From: Patescibacteria group bacterium | GTDB lineage: Bacteria > Patescibacteriota > Patescibacteriia > PEXW01 | DNA length: 64,000 nt | Reading direction: 5' to 3' | Assembly: GCA_041665345.1 (NCBI GenBank) | Contig: JBAYJA010000001.1 | Span: forward strand, 393,206 to 457,205 | In this document: piece after piece, positions 27,959 through 35,819 of the stretch | Layout of the letters: each line of letters begins with the position of its first letter | Position numbering within the stretch: the stretch's first letter is position 1 | Position numbers and translations under genes: made by a program | Notes under the pieces: generated by a model | The model's database searches: none | What the model was told of the DNA's origin: nothing | The model's input: the letters and a program-made list of their open reading frames with translations, nothing else

Positions 27959-28516
27959 ATGAGAGTAGGGAATGCGCAATTCAAAATTGGCTTCTGGCAC
28001 CCATTTGGTCCTCACGCCGGAGAGAACGCTGATGAAATTATTGTAAGAAAGCAACGTGAGATTAGGAGAATAGGTTGGACCCTTTGGTCTTTCCAACATC
28101 GGAAAACCCTTGAGCTTTGGTATCATGAGATTCAAAAGAAGAAACCTGGTAGGGTTTTGGTTTTTTGTTCTGAAGGTAAAGGATCACGCGATCCAATAGG
28201 GGAACGAAAGAATTGTAATTACTTCTTACCAGTAGGTAAGAAAAAGGCACAAAGAATTCCCTTCCCAATAAGCGTTCCTCACCCGATGGGGAGGAAGACG
28301 CAAGGATCAGCTTTCATTGTCAAAAGAGTCATGTATCCTGTACATTTCAAGACAGCAACAATTCAATGGTTGAAGGATGGAAAATGGCAAAGTAAGCAAT
28401 TACCAACACGACCAGAGTATTTAATTAAACCTGGACATGGGAAGCCAATGAGAAAATTTCGTGCAGTACTTGAATTGAGACCTCCCTACCTCGCTGAAGT
28501 TAGAATAAGGCCCTAG
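27959..28516 (+). CDS. hypothetical basic protein
   Basis: ATG at 27959 (MRVGNAQFKIGFWHPFGPHAGENADEII...). No recognisable family. Confidence 0.45.
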   Translation: MRVGNAQFKIGFWHPFGPHAGENADEIIVRKQREIRRIGWTLWSFQHRKTLELWYHEIQKKKPGRVLVFCSEGKGSRDPIGERKNCNYFLPVGKKKAQRIPFPISVPHPMGRKTQGSAFIVKRVMYPVHFKTATIQWLKDGKWQSKQLPTRPEYLIKPGHGKPMRKFRAVLELRPPYLAEVRIRP

Positions 28517-28533
28517 TATTCGCTGAAAAATGT

Positions 28534-29163
28534 ATGGCGAACCAAGAATCTCAAAAAACCATTAAGGCTATTATTTTTGATTTTGGAGACGTTATTTGTT
28601 TTTGGGATGATGAGACAATGAGCCCCAAACGGGCACAGTCCCTCAATTTACCCAAAGACAGTATCCATGATCTTTTTTTCGAGTATTTACGAGAGGGTGG
28701 AGATGGAAAGTACCATAGCGCGCTTGATTTTTACGACCGAGCAAAACCGCAAACCCCAATTTCCCGTGAAGTTTTTGAGCAATTATTTACAGAATGGGAT
28801 AGCACCAGCCATATAGATGAAGAAATGGTTAGGCTCATTAAAAAATTGAAGCGCACCTACAAAATTGGCTTGCTTTCCAATTTTACCAAAGGGTTAGAAG
28901 AGTATTTGATTGACCGCTTTCATATGCACCGTCTCTTTGATTCAATTGTTAGTTCTTACAACTTAAAAATGCGAAAGCCAATTTTGGATGTGTATCATTA
29001 TTCGGCCAAGGATCTTGGCGTCCAGCCTGAGGAATGCCTCTTCATTGATGACATTGAAAAGAATGTCCAAGCTGCAAGGCAAATTGGGATGCAAGGGATT
29101 GCTTTTACAAACCTGGAAAAATTGAAAGAGCAGTTGCTTGGTATTCTTGGCTTGAAGGTTTAG
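28534..29163 (+). CDS. HAD-IA family hydrolase (second copy in the island)
   Basis: DFGDV motif I, LSN motif II, K...FIDD motif IV. Confidence 0.7.
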   Translation: MANQESQKTIKAIIFDFGDVICFWDDETMSPKRAQSLNLPKDSIHDLFFEYLREGGDGKYHSALDFYDRAKPQTPISREVFEQLFTEWDSTSHIDEEMVRLIKKLKRTYKIGLLSNFTKGLEEYLIDRFHMHRLFDSIVSSYNLKMRKPILDVYHYSAKDLGVQPEECLFIDDIEKNVQAARQIGMQGIAFTNLEKLKEQLLGILGLKV

Positions 29164-29165
29164 AC

Positions 29166-29867
29166 TTGGGTCCTACTACCATGGCTCCCACCCGCCTCCA
29201 AAAATTTATTGCCAGTACGGGCATTGTGTCCCGCCGGAAAGCGGAGACGCTCATTACTGATGGTCGGGTTTTTGTAAATGGCGAAAAAGTGACCAAGCTT
29301 GGGACAACCATCAACCCTGCCGTGGACATGGTGGAGGTGAATGGGCAGATGCTCACCTCCGTTACAGACTTCCGGTACATTGCCTGCAACAAACCTGTTG
29401 GCGTCACCTGCACCCGGGCGCAGTACCAAAGTGAGCGGACGGTGTATCAACTTATTCCCGATGCTCGTGATTTAGTCATCGCTGGTCGCTTGGACAAAGA
29501 CTCGGAAGGCCTGGTGCTTCTTACCAATGATGGCGAATTGACCAACCTGCTGACCCATCCACGGTACGAACATGAAAAAGAGTATGAAGTCACCTTGTCC
29601 CGGCCGCTGAGCACGGAGGCAGACCGCGCGCTTACTGAAGGAATCAAGCTCAAAGAGGGGATGGCCAAGTTTGATAGGATCGAACGGGTGTCGCCCCAAA
29701 TCTACCACGTGACCCTGCACCAGGGCTGGAACCGGCAGGTGCGGCGGATGTTTGGGCAATTGCAGGGTGATGTGCTCCGGCTCCGTCGGATTCGAATGAA
29801 TAAGCTGACTTTGGGTCGGCTGCAGCCGGGGGCGTGGAAAGCAGTCCAACGGGCGGATATTCTGTAA
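29166..29867 (+). CDS. rRNA pseudouridine synthase (RluB/RsuA family) with an S4 domain
   Basis: S4-like LQKFIASTGIVSRRKAE and catalytic AGRLDKDSEGLVLLTNDGEL. GC returns to the backbone level. Confidence 0.8.
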   Translation: MGPTTMAPTRLQKFIASTGIVSRRKAETLITDGRVFVNGEKVTKLGTTINPAVDMVEVNGQMLTSVTDFRYIACNKPVGVTCTRAQYQSERTVYQLIPDARDLVIAGRLDKDSEGLVLLTNDGELTNLLTHPRYEHEKEYEVTLSRPLSTEADRALTEGIKLKEGMAKFDRIERVSPQIYHVTLHQGWNRQVRRMFGQLQGDVLRLRRIRMNKLTLGRLQPGAWKAVQRADIL

Positions 29868-29965
29868 AATTGGGGTGAACAACCTGTGAAGGCGAAAATG
29901 TGCTATAGTTGACGAACCGGTAGTTTTTTGTCAGAATAGTAACCGGTGCATTCACACATTTCGTC

Positions 29966-30376
29966 ATGTCTGCAGCAAAAGGAAAAGGAAAATTTGCGCG
30001 TCTCCTGACCTCCCGAGGCGTCATCGTGCTCGAGGTCTTGATCATTGCCTTTCTCCTGGTAGGGATTACCAAAGAGATTGTCCGGCGGGTGGCGTTGCGG
30101 CGTGAAGTGGCCGTGCTGGAAAAGCAGATTGCGGAGCTGGAAGCGCAGAACCGCAGCCTGGGCGAGTACGTGGCTGCCATTAATACGGACAGTTTCCGGG
30201 AGCGGGAAGCGCGCAAACGCCTGAATCTGCAGAAACCTGGGGAATCCGTGCTCATTGTGCCGGATACCACAACAACCGAAGACGCCACGGACACAGTTGC
30301 CACAACGCAGCAAACCACTTCCAAATCTTCAAATTCTCATCGCTGGTGGACGTACTTCTTTGGCTCCGCCTCCTAA
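29966..30376 (+). CDS. septum formation initiator (FtsB/DivIC-like)
   Basis: TM helix, coiled coil, and a C-terminal ARKRLNLQKPGE motif. Confidence 0.6.
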   Translation: MSAAKGKGKFARLLTSRGVIVLEVLIIAFLLVGITKEIVRRVALRREVAVLEKQIAELEAQNRSLGEYVAAINTDSFREREARKRLNLQKPGESVLIVPDTTTTEDATDTVATTQQTTSKSSNSHRWWTYFFGSAS

Positions 30377-30386
30377 CCCCGTGCAT

Positions 30387-31526
30387 ATGCCTGACCAAAA
30401 CCCAGTAAGCAACGTGCCAGATACTTCACTTCACCCAGAGCACGCGGCCGTGCACGCGGAAATTGCCAAAGCCCCTGGCAGCTTGCCAGATCCAGAGCAC
30501 CATGGCTTGAAGCAGTTGCCACCGCCACCTATCCACTGGGCAAAGCGGATTGGGTTGTGGCTTGGCGCGGCCATTGTAGTTATTGTTGCCGTTTTTGCCG
30601 TTGGGTACATGCGCTTTAGCTGGCAGCAGTCCACTCTGCTTTTACCGGCACAGGTGTTGCCCTACCCCGTGGCTATCGTCGCCGGGCAGTGGGTATCCTA
30701 CGCTGACTATCAGAAAGATGTGCCAAATATTTCTCGGTATTTGGAACGCAATTCGCCACCAGACGCAAAGGCGAATGAGCCCTTGCCGTGGGACGTACGG
30801 GTGCGCCAACTTGCGCTGAACAAGATGGTGGGGGAGGCGCTTTTGGCAAAATTGGCCAAAGAGCGAAAAGTGACGGTGACCGATGCAGATGTGAACCAAA
30901 CTTTTGACGCTTTTGTGCAGCAGTACAGCGGCACGAACAACGTGGAAGAGGATATTCAAAATCTCTACGGTTGGACCGTGGAGCAATTCAAGGTGAAAGT
31001 GATTCGACCGCAGGTGTACCAGCAGAAGTTGGCAGATTCCTACATTGCGGAAATTCGGAAGGAAGCTGATGGTGTGCGTACAGAAGTGATGGCAGATACC
31101 AAGCGGTTTGCTGACATTGCCAAAGAGAAAAGCGATGACGTGAGTGCGACCAAAGGTGGCCAGCTGGAAGCAATCAAGAGCGACAAGATCGCTGACGAAT
31201 ATGGCACTGCGGCAGAAGCGGTGGGTGCGTTGAAGGAAGGTGCAATTTCTGAGGTGCTGGAAACCCCGCGCGGGTTTGAAATACTGTGGTTGGAAAAGCG
31301 GACGGCAGGCGCAAAGAGCACGGATCCAGCCACGCTCATGCTTCGTCGGATTCTGGTCACGGCTGATGTGAGTACCTGGCTGCAGGACAAAGTGAACACC
31401 TTGGCGGAAGAAGCAAAGGTGATGCTCTTTGAACCCCGGTTCCGCTGGGAAGCGAAGTGTGGCATTTTGGAAAAGAGCGAACCAAGCTGTACGGAAGCTG
31501 CCACGGACACCAATACCAACCAATAA
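30387..31526 (+). CDS. SurA/PrsA-like peptidyl-prolyl isomerase (parvulin domain)
   Basis: ATG at 30387, N-terminal TM helix, parvulin core ...SATKGGQLE...GFEILWLEKR. Confidence 0.7.
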   Translation: MPDQNPVSNVPDTSLHPEHAAVHAEIAKAPGSLPDPEHHGLKQLPPPPIHWAKRIGLWLGAAIVVIVAVFAVGYMRFSWQQSTLLLPAQVLPYPVAIVAGQWVSYADYQKDVPNISRYLERNSPPDAKANEPLPWDVRVRQLALNKMVGEALLAKLAKERKVTVTDADVNQTFDAFVQQYSGTNNVEEDIQNLYGWTVEQFKVKVIRPQVYQQKLADSYIAEIRKEADGVRTEVMADTKRFADIAKEKSDDVSATKGGQLEAIKSDKIADEYGTAAEAVGALKEGAISEVLETPRGFEILWLEKRTAGAKSTDPATLMLRRILVTADVSTWLQDKVNTLAEEAKVMLFEPRFRWEAKCGILEKSEPSCTEAATDTNTNQ

Positions 31527-31535
31527 AATTTGTTG

Positions 31536-31609
31536 GCGGGTATAGTACAGTGGTAGTATGCATCCTTCCCAAGGATGAGATACGGGTTCGATTCCCGTTA
31601 CCCGCTCCA
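31536..31609 (+). tRNA. tRNA-Gly (anticodon CCC)
   Basis: Acceptor GCGGGTA/TACCCGC, anticodon loop UUCCCAA, discriminator U, CCA encoded. Confidence 0.85.
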
Positions 31610-31674
31610 GCCTTCGCCTCGAGCTCTGGCGAGGGCGAAGGCTGTCCTCCGAAGCTTCCGAGCGAAGGAGGGTA
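31610..31674 (+). repeat. short-form tRNA-trailer composite element (HP1 GCCTTCGCCTCG/CGAGGGCGAAGGC plus HP2)
   Basis: Immediately follows CCA. HP2 is TGTCCTCCGAAGCTTCCGAGCGAAGGAGG. Confidence 0.5.
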
Positions 31675-31763
31675 CGACGTCTGTACTCAGGCTACGGCCG
31701 GCAAGCCAGCTCGCATAACTCCGCCAACGCGGCGAACCTTTCCATCGTTTTCCAAAAGTGTAT

Positions 31764-31838
31764 GCCGATGTAGCTCAGTGGTAGAGCAACGCTTTTGTAA
31801 AGCGAAGGTCGGCGGTTCGAATCCGCCCATCGGCTCCA
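31764..31838 (+). tRNA. tRNA-Thr (anticodon TGT)
   Basis: Acceptor GCCGATG/CATCGGC, anticodon loop UUUGUAA, discriminator U, CCA encoded. Confidence 0.8.
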
Positions 31839-31904
31839 GCCTTCGCCTCGAGCTCTGGCGAGGGCGAAGGCTGTCCTCCGAAGCTTCCGAGCGAAGGAGG
31901 ACAA
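31839..31904 (+). repeat. short-form tRNA-trailer composite element, identical to 31610-31674
   Basis: GCCTTCGCCTCGAGCTCTGGCGAGGGCGAAGGCTGTCCTCCGAAGCTTCCGAGCGAAGGAGGACA. Confidence 0.5.
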
Positions 31905-32005
31905 AAAGTTGTTCTCAGAGCTACGGCCGGCAAGCCAGCTCGCTTTGCCCACAAAGTCCAAGAAAAACCTTTTCATCACACACATCGCCGCATAACCCAC
32001 ATACC

Positions 32006-33967
32006 ATGACTCAGCGACAGTACATCAAAAAGAGTCTAATCATCCTCGCCTTGGTTGTTGGCATTGGCTTGGTTGCGCCAGCGCGCGCAGCTGAACCAAC
32101 TGTGGTGCACCTTTCAGCAGACTATGCAACCAAAGGCCAGGAAATCCGAGTAGAGAATGCGTTCATCCTTGGTTTACGGCCAAACCTTTTTGCTGCACCT
32201 GCGCAGGTCACGGTAACGCCTGATGCAGCCCTCCCAACCGCGCTACCTAGCCGTTACACCGCTGCTGGCCGAGCTTTCAGTGTGAGCATCACCCCAGCGG
32301 ATGGCGCAACCATTGCTTCGTCTGACCTCTGGTTGAAACAGCTCGCCACGCCCGTCGTCAATACCAAGACTGTGCTCCTGAGTTACGCAAACGGAACCTG
32401 GAGTATTGTGGGTACCAAACTTGGAACTGATAATTTCCTCACCGGCGCAACCCGCGCTTTGTCTTTCACCGTTGTTCCGGTAACCGATGTTGCAACCACG
32501 GCTGGAGTTTTTGGTCCCGATGCGGTGGTTTCGCCGTCCAGCACGGTTCTCCCAGTTGATCCAACAAGCGCAGCACAGCAGATTGGGTACAAATCCTACA
32601 CGCTGACCCTACCCAAAGGGGTAGTTCCAGCGGCTGGGTCGTTCCTTGCAACACCAGATGTTCCATTACCTTCACCACTCCCAACCTACGTGAAGCAGCG
32701 CGCGGCTGCAGTGTACGTATCGCTCAATGCCCCGGATGCGTCACTCCTTCGTTTCAATGCGCCCGGCTTAACCATTGCACCAAAAGTTGCGGTGCAGAAT
32801 TACCGTCCGCTGTACATCTACTTCTACAACCCCGTGCGGAAAGTGTGGGAGGTGACGAAGAACAAACTTTTTACCAACGGCTACCTGGTGGTGGTGGAAG
32901 ATCTGCGTGAAGAAGTGGGGATTGCCAGCTGGTATCGCAGTACCAAGTACCCAGATGGCGTGGCGCACAATGTCTACCCCATGGGCACCAAGCTGAGGGT
33001 AACGAATGTAGAAAATGGAAAATCCACCATCGTCAGAGTGGTGTCCCGAGGACCTTACGTCCGCGGGCGGATAGTGGACCTGGTGTATACAGCCTTCAAG
33101 AAAATTAAAGGAACAAATGGTGGTGTGGCAAAAGTGAAAGTTGCAGCAGTCACCCCACTCGTTGCAGGTGAGCAGGTTGTTGCCCCAACGCCAACCCCAA
33201 CCGCAACGTCAACTACCGCGGTTGCGCTGCCAATTACCAGTACGGCGGGCGCTGTCTACGATGTGGATAAGGGGGTACTGGTTGCGGTGAAAAACGCTGA
33301 TGAGCGGCACCCAATTGCCAGTTTGTCCAAACTCATGACTGCCCTGGTCTACCTGGATCGGAAGCCAACATTCCAAAATGTGGTGACCTACCAGAAGAGT
33401 GATGCTACCATTTGCTCCTGCCTGCAGGTGTCGGTAGGGGAAACGATGACCACGAATGATTTGTGGCATGCCATGCTCATTGGGTCGGCGAATAATGCCA
33501 CCCGCGCCTTGGTTCGATCCACCAAACTCACGGATGCGCAATTTGTGAAACTCATGAACGAGAAAGCCCAAGCATTGGGTTTGACCTCACTGACGTTTGG
33601 CGATCCCACAGGTCTGGACCCTGCAAACCAGGGCTCAGCTGCAGACATGGCCAAGCTCGCCGCTATTGCCTTCAGCAAGCCAGAAATCCAGCGTGTCTCG
33701 GTGAAGAAGTTCTACACCTTTAGCACCTTGAATACAAAGAAAGCGCACACCATAACGAATCGGAATAAGTTGTTGCAGACGCAGTGGCAAATTACCGGCA
33801 TCAAAACCGGATACATTGAGGAATCCGGTTACTGTCTCATTGGCCAGGTGAAAGGGAAGACCACGAGCCGGACACTGGTTGCCGTCACCCTTGGGAATAT
33901 TTCCAGCACCAAGCACTATGCGGAAATGGAAAATGCCTTCAGCGTCGGTTTTGCAAATCTCAAATGA
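32006..33967 (+). CDS. fusion protein: signal/TM anchor, RlpA-like double-psi beta-barrel, and D-Ala-D-Ala carboxypeptidase (peptidase S11/PBP5-like)
   Basis: RlpA motif GIASWYRS...RVTNVENGKSTIVRVVSRGPY, S11 SxxK (ASLSK), SxN (GSANN) and KTG (IKTGY). The ATG at 32006 lies downstream of the tRNAs. Confidence 0.75.
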   Translation: MTQRQYIKKSLIILALVVGIGLVAPARAAEPTVVHLSADYATKGQEIRVENAFILGLRPNLFAAPAQVTVTPDAALPTALPSRYTAAGRAFSVSITPADGATIASSDLWLKQLATPVVNTKTVLLSYANGTWSIVGTKLGTDNFLTGATRALSFTVVPVTDVATTAGVFGPDAVVSPSSTVLPVDPTSAAQQIGYKSYTLTLPKGVVPAAGSFLATPDVPLPSPLPTYVKQRAAAVYVSLNAPDASLLRFNAPGLTIAPKVAVQNYRPLYIYFYNPVRKVWEVTKNKLFTNGYLVVVEDLREEVGIASWYRSTKYPDGVAHNVYPMGTKLRVTNVENGKSTIVRVVSRGPYVRGRIVDLVYTAFKKIKGTNGGVAKVKVAAVTPLVAGEQVVAPTPTPTATSTTAVALPITSTAGAVYDVDKGVLVAVKNADERHPIASLSKLMTALVYLDRKPTFQNVVTYQKSDATICSCLQVSVGETMTTNDLWHAMLIGSANNATRALVRSTKLTDAQFVKLMNEKAQALGLTSLTFGDPTGLDPANQGSAADMAKLAAIAFSKPEIQRVSVKKFYTFSTLNTKKAHTITNRNKLLQTQWQITGIKTGYIEESGYCLIGQVKGKTTSRTLVAVTLGNISSTKHYAEMENAFSVGFANLK

Positions 33968-34644
33968 TTACGCTGGAGAACGTTACAAAGTTTTACCCAC
34001 ACGGCGTGACAGCGCTGAAGGATATTTCGGTGCGGATAGAGTCGGGTGAGTTTGTCTCCATTGTGGGGCAGTCGGGTACTGGGAAGACGACCTTGGCAAA
34101 ACTCATTATTGCAGAGGAGCAACCCAGCTCTGGCCGGGTGATTATTGGCGATTGGGATATTACAAAAATTAACTCCAAGGACGTGCCGCTGCTTCGCCGG
34201 CAAATTGGAGTGGTGTTCCAAGATTTTAAACTCCTGCCCCAGAAGACGCTGTTTGAGAATGTCGCCTTTGCCTTGGAGGTGTCTGGAGCGTCAACGGAGA
34301 AAATTAAGCAGATTGTCCCGCAGGTGCTAAAAATTGTGGGCCTGGAGCACAAGCAGAAACGTTTCCCCCGGGAAGTGTCGGGTGGGGAGCAGCAGCGGGT
34401 AGTCATTGCGCGGTCATTGGTACACCGGCCCAAGATTTTGGTGGCGGATGAACCAACCGGGAATTTGGATACTATTAACGCTCATGAAATTGTGGAGCTG
34501 CTTTTGAAGATTAATAGCTTCGGCACCACCATCGTCTTGGTGACCCACAACCGGGAAATTGTGAATGGTCTGCGGAAACGCGTGCTCACCATGGATCGGG
34601 GGCACCTGGTGGCTGACCAGAGTACTGGAAAATACCGCTTATGA
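33964..34644 (+). CDS. ftsE: cell division ATP-binding protein FtsE
   Basis: Walker A GQSGTGKTT, ABC signature VSGGEQQRV, Walker B ILVADEPT. Confidence 0.88.
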   Translation: MITLENVTKFYPHGVTALKDISVRIESGEFVSIVGQSGTGKTTLAKLIIAEEQPSSGRVIIGDWDITKINSKDVPLLRRQIGVVFQDFKLLPQKTLFENVAFALEVSGASTEKIKQIVPQVLKIVGLEHKQKRFPREVSGGEQQRVVIARSLVHRPKILVADEPTGNLDTINAHEIVELLLKINSFGTTIVLVTHNREIVNGLRKRVLTMDRGHLVADQSTGKYRL

Positions 34645-35567
34645 TCCTTCTGCAAACTTCACGCGCGCTCAAGTTTGCCGCCCAGAATTTTAAGCGAAAT
34701 TTGTGGTTGTCGATCGTGACCGTCATCATCCTCACAGTGGCAACCTTTTCCGTAAGCTTAGTGGCTGCCCTCCAAGCCTTAGGCCAACGTGCGTTGCAAA
34801 CCGTGGAGCAGCGCGTGGATGTTTCTTTGGAATTGAAACGGGAGGTGACTGATGCGCAGGCGCAAGAACTCCGGGAGCGTTTGGCGCAATTGCCACATGT
34901 GCAGAAGATTGTTTTCCAGAGCCAAACTGAAGCGTTGGAAGCGTTTCGAACGTTGCACGCCGATGACCCAAATATTCAGCAACTGCTACAAGAGCTAACG
35001 GAAAATCCTCTACCAGGTCGGTTGGTTATTACCGCTGAACGATTGGAGGATTACGAAACTGTGCTGCAAGCTATTGATTCCCCTGAGAACAGCGGTCTGG
35101 TAGAGAATAAAGATCGAGACTTCAAGGACGCCAAAGCTGTGATGGAGAAGTTGCAATCCATTACCCAACGAGTACGGCAAGTGGGTTTTGCGGTGAGTGC
35201 CGTGTTCGTCTTGCTCTCGCTCATTGTGGTGTTCAATACCATCCGGATCGCCATCTACACTCATCGGGAAGAGATTGGGATCATGCGCTTGGTAGGTGCA
35301 TCCAATGCGTTCATCCGCGCGCCTTTCATACTCGAAAGTGCATTGTATAGTATCATTGGCGCGGGTGCTGCAGTGCTGCTGATGCTCTTCCTGTGGCAGA
35401 GCGCTGCGCCAGCGATGCATAGGTTTTTCTTCAGTGGCACAGATGTGAGTGTCCAAGGGATTTTGCAAACCAATTTTTGGCCAATTCTGGGCTTCGAATT
35501 TTTGGGCGCTGTGGTGCTCTGTGTGGTCAGCGCAGTCATTGCCACCCGGCGGTACTTGAAAGTCTAG
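34641..35567 (+). CDS. ftsX: cell division permease FtsX
   Basis: 4 TM helices and the FtsX periplasmic domain; overlaps the ftsE stop. Confidence 0.85.
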   Translation: MILLQTSRALKFAAQNFKRNLWLSIVTVIILTVATFSVSLVAALQALGQRALQTVEQRVDVSLELKREVTDAQAQELRERLAQLPHVQKIVFQSQTEALEAFRTLHADDPNIQQLLQELTENPLPGRLVITAERLEDYETVLQAIDSPENSGLVENKDRDFKDAKAVMEKLQSITQRVRQVGFAVSAVFVLLSLIVVFNTIRIAIYTHREEIGIMRLVGASNAFIRAPFILESALYSIIGAGAAVLLMLFLWQSAAPAMHRFFFSGTDVSVQGILQTNFWPILGFEFLGAVVLCVVSAVIATRRYLKV

Positions 35568-35595
35568 GCAGGGGAGTGTAACCTCCAGGCAATAC

Positions 35596-35669
35596 TCCGG
35601 GATCGTCTAACGGCAGGACATGGGCCTTTGAAGCCCAGTATCTTGGTTCGAATCCAAGTCCCGGAACCA
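35596..35669 (+). tRNA. tRNA-Gln (anticodon TTG)
   Basis: Acceptor UCCGGGA/UCCCGGA, anticodon loop CUUUGAA, discriminator A, CCA encoded. No HP1/HP2 trailer follows. Confidence 0.85.
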
Positions 35670-35819
35670 TAGAGGAAAACCAGTATCTTCGGAACAACTT
35701 TTGCCCTTGCTTGTGGATAACATGCGTCTGCCAGGCCTCTTGTGGGGCTAGAGCATCGGCTTTATCATTGCGTTGGTGGAATAGTATTGATTATCTATGG
35801 AATGAAAAGGAGCAAATCA

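Noticed and set aside
30642-31523. 293-aa minus-strand ORF
   Set aside because: Antisense to the PPIase gene.
31457-32005. N-terminal 183-aa extension of the PBP/RlpA ORF
   Set aside because: It reads through two tRNA genes and their trailer repeats. The real start is the ATG at 32006 with a signal/TM sequence.
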